From Ophelia neglecta (lineage: Eukaryota), in contig OZ260665.1 of the NCBI GenBank assembly GCA_965285935.1, positions 38,998,001-39,062,000 of the forward strand: 64,000 bases of DNA, written 5' to 3'. A program made the position numbers and the translations under genes. The first letter of the stretch is position 1. Every line of letters starts with the position of its first letter. The notes under the pieces were generated by a model. That model saw only the letters and a program-made list of their open reading frames with translations. It searched no databases and was not told where the DNA came from. Positions 1 to 12,900 of this stretch are shown in pieces.

Positions 1-126
1 AGTCTAGGTATGTCTTGCATCAAAATGACTCATAAAATGTCAACGATTTGATGTTGGTACCTTGAGTGGATGAGACCGCAAAAAAAAAAGAATATTTCAA
101 CAGTTACTTTACACGAGACGATGTTA

Positions 127-686
127 TGGTTATTTGAGCAGAAAGAATTTGGTGCTGTGATAGTAGCAATTCTTGACGCCTACAGGTAATATGGACGTCC
201 TCGCATCTCATTTGACTGGAAAACGACAGAGACCAGAATTAAAGAAACCTACAAAATAGGACCTTATTATAAAGCTTAATATGGGGAAACATCTCGTGTT
301 ATTGTTGAAACCAAATTTAAATACGTTTATTCACAATAAATTTCAGCTTGTGCTTGCAAGACGGTTCATTGATCAATTGGTAAAATATTTGCAGTGCCCT
401 TGCTTCTGGACAGCGCTCCCGACGCACTGGCTGCCGGGAAGATTTTCCGTTTGTCATGCCGACAGGTGTACGGATTGGAATCGTTTACTGTATCGTCCTC
501 CTTCCCTTTATGATGTGCGTCATGTCCGTTTTCTTCGGCTCTTGTTTTCGTGGTCGCGGATTTGGGGGGTCTAGTGGAAAGGGTGGGCTGAAGCGGAGTT
601 GGACCCACAGGTCAGCAGCATATGACGACGATTCACTAAATAAGACCAGTCCGTCTGCTCCAAGCCCAGACCCGCGCCTGGGGTGA
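127..686 (+). pseudogene. Damaged duplicate of the TPM/MOLO-1-like 3' exons (partial exon 127-185, intact last exon 395-686)
   Basis: 127-846 is near-identical to 2645-3363, but the acceptor and first 78 nt of the penultimate exon are missing. The last exon encodes the same peptide (one synonymous AAG/AAA difference seen). Confidence 0.65.
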
Positions 687-2083
687 CACATTTTTGCCCT
701 TAACATGTATATATTACAAATTAATATGTTTGTTTAGTATAATAGTGTTTAATATTCGGTGATTGTTATTTTCAATCTAATTAAAAATGAATTTATATCA
801 GAGTACATTTCAGATTATTGTTACTCATTATGTTATTCTGCCTGATACATGTACATCCAACCGTTTTATGTGAACATTATGAGAAATACAAAGCGATATA
901 AAACAATATAATCTTAACCTTTACTGGAAACTGGATCGTAACAAGAAGATACTATGGAAAACACAACAAGTCGAATTGTTTTGGCAGCAACTTGTACCTA
1001 TATGGAAATGGAGGAAGAATGCTATGTTTATCTTTTTTCGATTGATGTCACCATAATCTATTTAAACATTTAATTCATATTCCTCTCAAGGCTACGTTTC
1101 TACATGTTACTGCAATAAAATGAGCATACAATTAGTAAGGCTATACCAACTCAGAGGAAGTTTGAATCCTTCTGAACTTCGTCCTACAATTTTTTTTTAT
1201 ATTTTCAAAACGTCATCACCATTTTGCCGTCCTGTACGTTTTCAGTTTCTAACCATTGGTATTGGGCTATATAGTAGCATTATACAGGATGTTTATTCTT
1301 AACACTACTTGATTTATCTTAGCACTGTACTTTTCATTTAATTTTGTTTTGTTTTAAAGGTAGTAGTCCTTTTTCACTTTTGATGCTGACTTGCAGCTGA
1401 CAGTAGTCTATGTATGTCTTGCATCAAAATGACTCATAAAATGTCAACGATTTGATGTTGGTACCTTGAGGGGATGAGACCGCAAAAAAAAATATTTCAA
1501 CAGTTACTTTACACGAGACGATGTGAGTGGGTTTTGGGAAAATATACCGGTTGTAGACATACGATAAATCTGGCGCCCAGGTACACCAAAGCCCGCGGAA
1601 TAGGGAGCACAAGCACGGGTCGGTCTTTGGAACAGCTGGAGACTAAATTTATCAGGCCTGGATCTGGAATTAAAATCAAATGAAATGACACACATTCTTC
1701 TTACAAAATTAAGTTTTTTCCCATAATTTCGTTGTATGTTTGTTATATACAGTTTTGACACTTAGAATTGATGTTTGCGGTCATGTCACACACGGTTCAT
1801 GTTTACGAACCAATGCTATAGGACTTTATTATTAAGTTTGCGTTGCCTGTCGGATATTCATTACAGTTTTTATCTCAGATATTGTGCAAAGCGTTATATT
1901 TTCAGACTGAAACGTCTAAAACTAAATTACTGTATTTCTCGGAACTCCATGTCAGGAATAAAGGAACCTACTTCGTTGTAGGCATCCAGGACTGAAAGGC
2001 AATTTTGCAAAAAAAAATAAATATGATGTAGGCCTTACAAGATATGGAAAAGCATTCACCCACAACAACAATGTTTTCTTTCT

Positions 2084-2131
2084 TTGGGGGGGGGGGGGGG
2101 GGGGGCTGGGGGGCGGGGGCAGGGGGATGGG
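2084..2131 (+). repeat. Poly-G / G-run tract
   Basis: ~20 consecutive G followed by further G runs. Confidence 0.9.
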
Positions 2132-2566
2132 ATTCAACAATGTGCAACTTTAAAATCGTAATGATATAGAATATATGATATTAGAACAATTTATCGATTC
2201 TAATAGTTATTTTAAAAACGCGAGTGGATAGCCGTGAAACAAACCAAAATAGGACGTGTATAAGTTGGATGAAATGAAAATTTTTAGGACGAGTAGGACA
2301 AAAGGTTGATGATCATTTAATTGTATTAAAGCATTCCAATTGAGCGGAGAGTGGCATATATATGTCCTTAGCTTGATAAACAGCCCAACTTCAGAATTGT
2401 TCTTACTTGTTATAAACATATTTATTTCTTTTGAATCGGCCACCTAACCCTAGGCTAATGGGGTGACCTGTTTATACATATACACAAGTAACACTAATAG
2501 ATTTCTTAATATAGTATGGTTAAATATATACATATAAGATTAATATATATGTTGTTCTTACTTCAG

Positions 2567-3203
2567 ATGTATACATCAGTGGGGGACACAGCTCAGCAAA
2601 GAATGTCATCTGCCTGTATTGAAACAATTTTCAAAGAAAACCAGTGGTTATTTGAGCAGAAAGAATTTGGTGCTGTGATAGTAGCAATTCTTGACGCCTA
2701 CAGGTAATATGGACGTCCTCGCATCTCATTTGACTGGAAAACGACAGACACCAGAATTAAAGAAACCTACAAAATAGGACCTTATTATAAAGCTTAATAT
2801 GGGGAAACATTTCGTGTTATTGATGAAGCCAAATTTAATACGTTTATTCACAATAAATTTCAGCTTGTGCTTGCAAGCCCGTTCATTGATCAATTAGTAA
2901 AATATTTGCAGTGCCCTTGCTTCTGGACAGCGCTCCCGACGCACTGGCTGCCGGGAAGATTTTCCGTTTGTCATGCCGACAGGTGTACGGATTGGAATCG
3001 TTTACTGTATCGTCCTCCTTCCCTTTATGATGTGCGTCATGTCCGTTTTCTTCGGCTCTTGTTTTCGTGGTCGCGGATTTGGGGGGTCTAGTGGAAAAGG
3101 TGGGCTGAAGCGGAGTTGGACCCACAGGTCAGCAGCATATGACGACGATTCACTAAATAAGACCAGTCCGTCTGCTCCAAGCCCAGACCCGCGCCTGGGG
3201 TGA
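2567..3203 (+). CDS. TPM-domain (TLP18.3/Psb32/MOLO-1-like) single-pass membrane protein, last two exons (2567-2703, 2912-3203); 5' exons not found in window
   Basis: cttcag acceptor before 2567, AG|gtaat phase-2 donor after 2703 and tttgcag acceptor before 2912 join in frame to MYTSVGDTAQQRMSSACIETIFKENQWLFEQKEFGAVIVAILDAYSALASGQRSRRTGCREDFPFVMPTGVRIGIVYCIVLLPFMMCVMSVFFGSCFRGRGFGGSSGKGGLKRSW...RLG* (142 aa). The first part fits the C-terminal strand and helices of a TPM domain; a TM helix and a GFGGSSGxGGxxRSW tail typical of TPM proteins follow. Confidence 0.72.
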
Positions 3204-5472
3204 CACAATTTTGCCCTTAACATGTATATATTACAAATTAAAATGTTTGTTTAGTATAATTGTGTTTAATATTCGGTGATTGTGATTTTCAATCTAATTA
3301 AAAATGAATCTATATCAGAGTACATTTCAGATTATTGTTACTCATTATGTTATTCTGCCTGATTTATTGGAAAATCCTCTTGAGCTCAGGCACTTCTCTG
3401 CTCTAATTAAAGGAGATAATACATTGTTTAAACACTTACCTTGGTAGCTAACCTTTCGAAATAAGAAATTATTATAATTATGTATTTATTTTAATAGCAT
3501 TTAACTTATTTTAAAGCTGTTGAAGAATAATAAAGTGGGCATCCTTGCTGCTTGCTTTTCAATCCTTTAGTGACCCGATCAAGCAGATGGTGAACAGGTC
3601 GATTCTTCCTTTTGATGCTAGTCAAAATTCTTCGCAAAGGCGCCTTTAAATTCATCGTAAAAAAAGGTAATCCCATGCATTAAACTCAGTGCAACAATTC
3701 ATGCTATCTTCACGACTTAAGGATTTGACATATGGCAAATATGCCTAACAGTGATCCTGTTCGACATTGATCGGCAGACCTAGAAGACTCAAATGGTCCT
3801 GCTATTCCGAAGGGGGAAAGGTTGGCAGTAAACAACCAGTAGACCAACATAATGATCTGTCAGATAGTTTTGAACAATAACCTATGTGCATTAAGGGAAC
3901 AGACCTTTTCATCTATTGTGATTTTATTTGCCGGTGGAGGGGAGATGGGGGTGGAGGAGGTGGGATAGGGGGGAGGGATGAAAAGATACATAGAGTGCAC
4001 ATTCAATGACCAAACACGTAGCAACAATATTCCCCTTTTTTACTGATAGACATTAAAAATTAATGCCCCTATGTTTATTGTCAGTTTAGCATATAGGCCT
4101 CAGTTCTCGAATAAAGCATCTTTTCTTATCATTGATGGGACACCAATTAAGTCTTTAATGAAAACCAAACAACCTTTAACTTTTTGAGAAACACGTTTAT
4201 CTGTTGGACATCATGAAACAGACAAGTAGCATTCATATAGGAAGAATGCCCCCGCCATCCAGATTAAATGGTCTACACCAGAAAGCTGGGATTATTGCTT
4301 GGCAGACGCCTTGTTCTGGCCTCGTAGCGTGGGCACCAGACGTGTCCAGCAGGCCGATTGCCGGTGTGTGCCGGATCGATCGAGGCAACGTGAAACCAAA
4401 GCAATGTGTGCCCAGTGATGATGTGTTTGGTATTGAACCGTGGTCAGATCAGTTATCCCTTTTGATCCAGTCACACGCCGGGTCGACAGACTACACAACC
4501 ATCAAATGCATCAGGGAGCCAAAACAACTCGGCCGGTAATCTAAACTTATGAAAGGAATTTCAATGAAAAAAGCCATAATATATCTTTGGTATCTTTTGG
4601 TCTTCATGATAAATTTTTTTCACTGTATCATAAAAAGCTATAAGTCTATTGTGTCTTTGGTTCAGATGAGCTCACCAACATAAATCAATTTATTTTGATA
4701 GTGGATTTTAGAGTCAATAAGGTAAATTGACTATGATGGGAAAATCGATAGGATGACTATTTCTATTGTGAATAAATAATTCCTGATTTGTATGCGAAAA
4801 TATATACCTGTGTCACATCACACATATTGACCAAAATTGCGCCATTATTGCTTCTAACGATATGTCATCAAAAAAAGTCTTTTTCACCGTTTAGAGTTAC
4901 AGTTATTAATGATATGTATGATTTTTTTTACCAGATCTGGTCATTTCCAACATGATCCTCAGTTAGCACACTAAAGTAAAAGTCTTGTGCTCTAATAAAA
5001 TCATTAGTTGACGTTGATAAAATGTGGCATGTCACTCTCAGAGGTGTATGGTTGACAAGGATCTAGTGACCGCAAACATTTATTAGTTATATACATATTT
5101 ATTGATTCGCGTATGATTAGTGTCTGTTTATGTTCAGCAAGAACAACTGAATGAAATGCACTCAATGAGCAAGAAAATTGTATCCTGGCAATGTTCTGAA
5201 GAATTCATGGTAATTATTACGAAACACTTCAAGTGGTTACACATCGAACACTTAGACATATTATCAAGTTATATTTCATTGTTCACCGTTGCTTTTATGT
5301 GTTTCACCTCAGGAATGTGCAGAAACTCATTCCCACGCTTAAACTAGGAAGAAGTAACAACGTTCTAAGAGTACTTCTCGATCTACCAAACAATCTCATA
5401 TAAAACCTTTTTTTTCCTATTCTACCAGGGCGTTTGATATATCTAATGTGTTTGAACAGTAGTTTGATATTT

Positions 5473-5586
5473 GTCGAGTAGGTTTGTTGTGTTGTCAAAT
5501 AGCTAAGGTTTGTGGTGTTGTCGAATGGGGCTGCAGTGCCGTCGAGTAGGCCTGTTTTGAGTTTTGAGTAGGTCTGTTGTGCTGTC
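5473..5586. repeat. Degenerate ~22-nt tandem repeat (GTCGAGTAGGTTTGTTGTGTT-like)
   Basis: gtcgagtaggtttgttgtgttgtc, gtcgagtaggcctgttttg and gagtaggtctgttgtgctgtc recur. Confidence 0.55.
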
Positions 5587-5632
5587 CCGTTGGCCTCCCA
5601 GTGACTCTGGTCGGAATCCCAGTTAGGACATG

Positions 5633-5790
5633 CCACGTGATAAAAAAAAAGTCCACGTTCCTACGTGATATTGTACTTTGCCACGTTATTGGATCACACT
5701 CCAACGTGATACTTCAGGTTCCAAAGTAACTTGATCATGTGGGAACGTAAAAACATTAATTGGAACGTGATAATAACACGTGGAAACGAT
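5633..5790. repeat. ACGT-core direct/inverted repeat cluster, possible MITE remnant
   Basis: Many CCACGT/ACGTGATA/GGAACGT units. 5655-5669 (acgttcctacgtgat) is the reverse complement of 5734-5748 with 2 mismatches. Confidence 0.5.
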
Positions 5791-6902
5791 ATTATAGTTG
5801 TCAGTTGCTCTATCTTTCCACAGGGGTGCACTTTTTGCCCAATGCCTTTCTAAACGGTAGGGTCACTATGCCTTTTGACTCAACTACATCTTCTCCACAT
5901 TCACTGTTCTGTGCTCGTAGTTAAAGCATGTTTATATATTAGCTAATACTCGTCAATGTAAAATTACAGATTGTTCAAACCACGTTCGCCGAATGTCAGT
6001 TGCCACATTTTTCTCGACGTTGGCAAGGTATGTAATTATCTCCGACACCGCGTTAGCCGTCATGGGAAATGGTATCAAAGATATATCGTGTGTGGATCAT
6101 GGCGGCTAGAATCCCTACAGAACTGACCTATCAAAGAGCCACCATTTTCATCCATCGATTGTATTTTTTCTTCAATGCTTTATTGTCCACATCGGACAAT
6201 ATCTCCATGTAGACATGTAAACGCGGCACCAAACTACATTCAGAAATTTACTGTCAACACCACCATAGATTCATCTTTAAATACAAACAGTGTGCAAACC
6301 CATTTCAACATTGACGGGACAATTTCATATTCAAAAATCAGGGCAAAAACTTGCACTATCACCTAATTTTTACTTTTATCGCGACTATCAGCTCTCATTC
6401 CTTAGGGGCCCATTGCGATTGAAAACATGCTACTGCAATATTTGAGAATTTTTGTATTTAAAGGTGAATTTTATTGCCTTACCTGTCTAAGTTTTTAATT
6501 ATAAAAGGTTAGCGTAGAAATATTTTCAAATCAATCAGTTTCCCTACATTCCCGTAGCTTTTCTAATATCGCGGCTAGCATCGCTTTCATTTACATATAA
6601 GTACATATATCAATATATATTTATATATATATTCATATGGTCGATAGGCGTTTGCAAATAGCAACAGACATATTGGCGTTTATGAACACTGTCCATCCGT
6701 ATTTACTTCCGTCCACCGATTACCCAGACTCCAACGACACCGTTGGTCACGTAACTCCAATATTGGCTGACTGCCCCTTTTCCATTTCGTACTAAATCGC
6801 CCAGTCACCTACGCGACTTGAGTAAACTGCGTTAGCGGCAAGACTGACGCCGTCGCGCCACCAACCTCCACTACTCTCCACTGGCTAGTCGCCTTCTACA
6901 AA

Positions 6903-9900
6903 ATGTACGAGAAAGATGTGGCTGTCATAGCGGGAGTCTTTATGCTGGCAGGTTAGTCTTCGAGAATTCATACGCTTATTTAGAGTTGTTTGAAATTCAA
7001 AACATATTATTATGTGTCAATAATTAGTTTTCAAATGTTAAGTGAAAAAAAGCACAATTTGGCTATACTAAAATGAAATGTCGCCTACCCTGCAATTACC
7101 AATCAGGCACCAACCCGCTGATTACAATAAGAGCTCATCTATCTGTGTCCTTGTCTGGGAAAGGAGGTCAGACCATGGCTAGCAGGATTATGATTTGTCA
7201 GGATAATGATCTTTTTCACCAAACTATGTGGCAAAATCCAAATAATTGTCAATATGTTTTCCCGCAACGTGAATCGATTGTGAGTACCGTCTGCTCAGGA
7301 ATGGTGGAAAGAAGTTAATAATATGATCATTTAACATGCTGTGATTTAGGCGGTCATATTTCTGCATTCGATTATTGAACAATCGAAAAGTCTATAAAAG
7401 TTCATGATACAGACCCAATATAGTGCTGTAAGATTTTATTTAGTTCTGTAAGACCTGGTTAGTTTGTTTTCAGATTGATTGTTTATTGATTTGTTTAAAT
7501 TGTCACCTTTCAGCTGGTTTATATTTGGTTATATTTATGGCGTTTCTTTCTCATTTTCCTTTGACACTTGATCCCATTTTGGTATTGTACACCAGCTTTA
7601 TAACAGAGAACACGCCTGAAAAAATTGATTTGTAGAACCTGGGTTTCGATTAATGTCAAATCGTAATAAAGTATAGTATGCGCCTTATTTCGTCCCACGC
7701 TATATAATATTATATCAAGTATTATTTTAGTAAACTTGCGGTAAAAGATGAAAGGAAGCCATTTTGACAAGACATCTCTATATAAATATGTGTGTGGCAT
7801 GACAATATCATATATACAATGTGTTCGCGCCTTAATCACTTACCACAAGGATGATTATTCCGCGAAAATGAGGTTAACACTCTCGACACTCGCGCATGTT
7901 TATATCCCATGCCAACGCTAATTAACAAGTATTTGGCTTCATCGACCGATCGAAACAGAAAATATTGCAACAGATGCATCCAAAGGTCAACAGAGTATAT
8001 TTACGTTCAGTGCCAGAAGCTAGGCCTTGAGCTTATCAGTCAGCATTATAAAAAAAATGTAGGTTTATCCTTTAAAAACTTCAAAGAGAGTCTTATTGGT
8101 TTGGTTATATTCATCCCAATGTCACCAGACTCAAACCGACATATCTGCTCGAACAACTAACACTGCTCTCCAACTTGGCCAAACTGGTACAACCTGCAGC
8201 AGTATTGTGTACTCGCTCTGGTACTTGGTATGCTCAACTCCCAAAACAATCTATATAGAAACGTTAGGTATTGATACTTAAGTTTGTTTCATACATCGTA
8301 TATTGGGCATCTACTATAATAAACATAACAACAGTTTATTTCACAAAAATTGTACAATACAGTTAAGCTTTAAAATTCCCACTGAACTCATATAAGGTGT
8401 TTTATTAATCAAGACTAAGGTTTTTTTAATAATCAACCTTCTTCACTATAGTTAATTATACAGTACACTATTATAAATACTTTAAGAAGACGTTGACAAG
8501 TATATTCATTTAATCAAAGTATATGATTATTAATGTGTACATGTATATTGTCGTGTTGGCTTTGTTGTTAGTCTTTTATTACTCCGAAATCGAAGAGTAG
8601 AAGTTTTTAGCCGTCCGAGCTCTCTATAGGTTCTCTACGATATTTAGAACGAAGAGAAATTGGAGATAAGAAATAGGGTGGAGGATTTACATGTTTTAGT
8701 ACTTGTCTACGCACGCTCCTTGTAAAGAGTGATTAAATGCATGCACTCGGTTTTGTGACACCTTTAACACCATTTCAAATTACCTACGGTCAGATTATAG
8801 ATGAAGTGCGTGTTAAATGTATCTCTACAGCGAATTTCACTGGCCCCGCTCAATATTTGTTAAAGCGCATCAAGGGAGTGATTTAAAACACTCAGCTGTA
8901 GCAGCCTGAATTCCATAGTTTAACATAATTAATATTTTCATGGGGAAACACTTCAGTTTTCCAATGCAGGAGTTCACCTATATTGTTCTATTAAATATTT
9001 TGACTAGTAGGCCTTACAATCAAGTAAGCCACATTTTTTGAAAATTACAATTATACATTTTTCACTTTAGTTTCTATACCTATAAGAGCGGGAAAAACTA
9101 AAGAGAAAACACTGCACTTTTACTGACGACAATGGAAAACATATAGTAACCTGTAGCAAACCTATATGAAATTGTCATAATTTATGCGGTTGAGTTATAA
9201 CTAGAGTAAACCCTTTGTTTGTGGTCACCTAGGTAACATGGTCACCTGTTCACTACTGTTAGAAAATAATACGGCTATCCCTTTTATGACAATGTTAACT
9301 GATCTGCCTACTAAGGCCACATACAATATGTGATCAATTATTCTTAGTCCCTTGACTGACCTGATTAGGTTTCACTGTACAGTGCAATGATTAAACACTT
9401 TTACTAAAGTGGAATTTGTAGACTATCGTACACCATTTTAAACAATTTGTAAACATATTGCAAACTATTGTAACCCCAAAGTAAACTAAAAAACATATAG
9501 TTGAATTATAATTACAAACACTAGCTATACTTTTTACTTTAGTGAAAGTTTATAAACTACAGTATACAATAATAAAATGCGTAAACATATAGTTAATTAT
9601 AGTGGGTCTATAGTTAAGATTGTCAACATATTGTTGAGTTTTAACGAAATGGCAATAACTACACTATTATTGTAGTGAAAGGTTGTATAATGAGTTAATC
9701 TTTATTAAACCTAAAGTAAATGTATAGTAAACTGTTGCAACATTTTTTTTGGATAGAGTGGAAGGGTATGCAGTTGGTGTTAATGGTAGGGCTGCAATAT
9801 GGTCGATGAAAATAAGGGAGGAATGATCGTAGTTGTAGACACGAGTTGAAAAATCAGATCATGGGGATAAGAGATGGGGGATAGGGTGGGTAAATGGAGA

Positions 9901-12900
9901 TGATGTAAAGTATGGGCCTTTTCGTGAAGTACATTTGGGGGGGTGGGGGAGGGGGGGGGGGTGGAAGGGATAAGGTGAGAGTGAGGCAGTTATAAGGTGG
10001 TGGTGGTGGCAGATATTTGGGGGGGGGGGGGGCTGGTACGGATGGGGGGAGGGGGGGGGAGGGGGTAAATAGCATTATGAAAGTTATCATAATTAGAAGT
10101 ACGTTCGGTACGCCATGGATGAAGTCACCTTAGTTGACCAGTGAATTATGTTTTATTTTTCATTAATAGTGTAGGCCTAGCGGTGTCTAAAATCATACTT
10201 TTATAAGGATTAATCACTAAGTACTTGTTTTAATAGGCAATGTACATCAGTATAAGAAATAAGTGGAATACAAAGGCTTTGAGCAGAGACAGGCTAATAC
10301 TCCCGTGGGGTAAATCATAAGCTAATTTAGTAGGCTTAGTCTTTTTCTTTGATCCATTAATGGAGAACCTATGTAAACGTCGAGAGTGTTCTTACCACGT
10401 GACACTGTGAGTCATATGCCGGAGAGAATTGTCAGCCAAGAAACCTACGTCACATTCCGAAGTCCTCCTTTCAGTGTTACTTCGAACATTGTGGTCTGCA
10501 TTTTATCGTATTTGATTCCTTGCAAATACAAGTCCATTATGTGGAATTTTTGTTAACCATTTGTATATAGATTTTTGTTGAAAATCGTAACAAAACAAGT
10601 CGTTTATAACTAGCTTGATTCCAACCCCTGTTGTCGATTATGAGAATAAATCTTTCCTGTTGACGTAAACACTGAAATGTGTTGCTCATCAAAGTTTATC
10701 TAACATGCTTTTGTGTGGTAACCTACATACTGTCTGCTTTAAATATAAGCTCACCTGACAATTGGACATGTTTACTTGTTTAAGAACCTGCAATTTCTCC
10801 ACCCGCCTCATGCTTTGAACATAAATCGAACTTCATTGATTGTGTACTCGGTAACTCTATCCTAGTGTGTAGCTATTCACGCCATCCATAATACATATTG
10901 TTAGACTAGCGGGATAAAGCTAAAGTTACTTAAAAGAGACGCATTAATGTTTATACCTAACGGGGCATCAGGGGATATTTTGAAACAGTCCCATATGACA
11001 ACAAAAAGACTTTCAAATATCAATATGGATATTTTTTAGATTGTAGCTTATTGTATTGATATCTGAAAGCACGATATTGGGATGATAGTTTGATGAAAGA
11101 TGGTCTAAATTTGATATCTGATGCGAGTCAAACAGATATAACCAAATTTATCTGATTGTCCCTATGCATTATTCAATATCAACCGTTGTCAGGTTTCATC
11201 CTGTAGTAATCTCTCTTGATCTGCCCATCAGAGCTACGCAGTCCTTAAAGCGTATTTTCATTATGTGCGCTATTTCTATCAGACCAGATTAGGCCGACTC
11301 CAACTCACTCGAGCCACCTGTATTCACAGTTCTGACCTGCTCAGTATTCGCGGGCATGCTGTTTTGGTGCGATGGGAAAAGAAGACACGTAAAAATGTAT
11401 TATTAATCATGCTCCTTTGCATACAATTACTGTTGGTACATTTTGTCCATTACTGAACTGATAATTCATCTCCACTACAGCACATATAATCAATAATGAA
11501 GTTATGTTTTCACGTTTTTATCATAATGATGATTTATTCTCAACCCATACAACTTATGTTCTATAAAAATTTTAGACCAGAGACAGCTCCATCTTCCTAC
11601 AATAAACCCAACAGATGATCATTTTCTTTCGACTGTCTTTCTATAGAGTAGCTGTGCATGTTAATTAGTCGATAATCACCCTAGAGTTGCTATGGATTAG
11701 GTATACCCTTGTAACCTTGTCAGGCTTTCTGACGTTTCACAGATTCATACTGCCTCGGTTAGGTCAATTAGTCGATACGAACAAACACATTTTTGTTATG
11801 ATAACACTTTGGAGTGTGTCGAACAAAACCGTATTCTCGTAATCACAATAAAGGATATCCAAATAATATACACTTCACAGTGTTTGCTAAAATAATATGG
11901 TGCCTTGTGTAAACGCAAATATAATGACAGATATGTTTGGCAAAATAACGGAATATTTAGATATCCAGATTTCTAATTTAAGCACGTATTTCCCAAGTTT
12001 TTTTTCAATTTATTCGAATATTCTTTCAGCATTCTATTACCACTACCCGGACAAACCAACAAGAAGGCGGACAACTTATAGATTTAGTCATTTAATACTG
12101 AAACTTCAAATAATATTTTGCAATTTTTACTGCGATTAATGTTAATCATTAACATACGACTATTCTTACTGGTGAAGATATGCCAAGAACCTACCGAAGT
12201 GGAATTAATACACTCTACATTTATAAAAAATGTAACAGCCGTGGTCACACACACTATGATCCTTAACAGACCCCTGAGTCCTATCAATCTCACACGACCA
12301 TCTTAGTCTAACTACAGCTCATGTGGTCTATAACTATTATAGTCCGCCCATGGTTTATCAAACATTTATCCACAACCGATATCATACCTCTTGCCCGTTT
12401 ACGTCTAGGAATTCATCCGCTTGAGTTTGAGCCCGGCAGTTAGAGCGAGACTATGTTTTATTTTATTAATTGACGGAGCACTACGTGCTATTGAATATTA
12501 AGTACCATTATAAGATATGGAAGGTGAGTCGTTTAAGGTAACTGCCTGTGGGGTATTTGAAACTCCCAAATATGATGAATTGTTTTTATCGTTTCAAGTA
12601 CGTGTGCACACTTGTGTGCAGCGGTCATGACATGCGGTTTGGTGGGACCCACGTTTTTGCATAATAGTAGTTTATAGTTTTCATATTAACCCTTAGAGAC
12701 ATTTTTATTGTTTATGTATACTTAATTTATTTAAAGTAAATGCGATTACATTCCATAACACTTTATATCTGTGGTTTTAATTCCAGCAAGGTATATTTGT
12801 TATCCGTTTTATTACCAATACTGGCCAATTGCCTGATGTCACGCGCTTCCGAAATTGACTTCCTCGCCATTGATATGTTTTCGGCAAGTAACAGTTAGCT

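Larger units (their letters stand above)
1..3363 (+). repeat. Tandem segmental duplication: 1-124 = 1405-1524 and 127-846 = 2645-3363
   Basis: Direct comparison shows only scattered substitutions and small indels. Copy 1 lacks the equivalent of ~1525-2644. Confidence 0.95.

Noticed and set aside
281-706. Overlapping ORFs 281-574, 366-608, 485-706 and their duplicates at 2867-3223
   Set aside because: Alternative-frame or antisense shadows of the TPM last exon; only the 456/2973 frame splices coherently.
1474-1530. FTRDD|gtgagt as a candidate upstream TPM exon
   Set aside because: The donor looks good, but the frame upstream has stops and an A-run length difference between copies, and no clear acceptor.
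4204-4539. 111-aa ORF in a GC-richer island
   Set aside because: No recognisable domain or splice context; a Kunitz-like snippet on the minus strand lacks the other cysteines.
12787-12890. Hydrophobic VYLLSVLLPILANCL as the Ly6 signal-peptide exon
   Set aside because: It needs weak splice sites; 6903-6951 gives a cleaner signal peptide, start context and phase.
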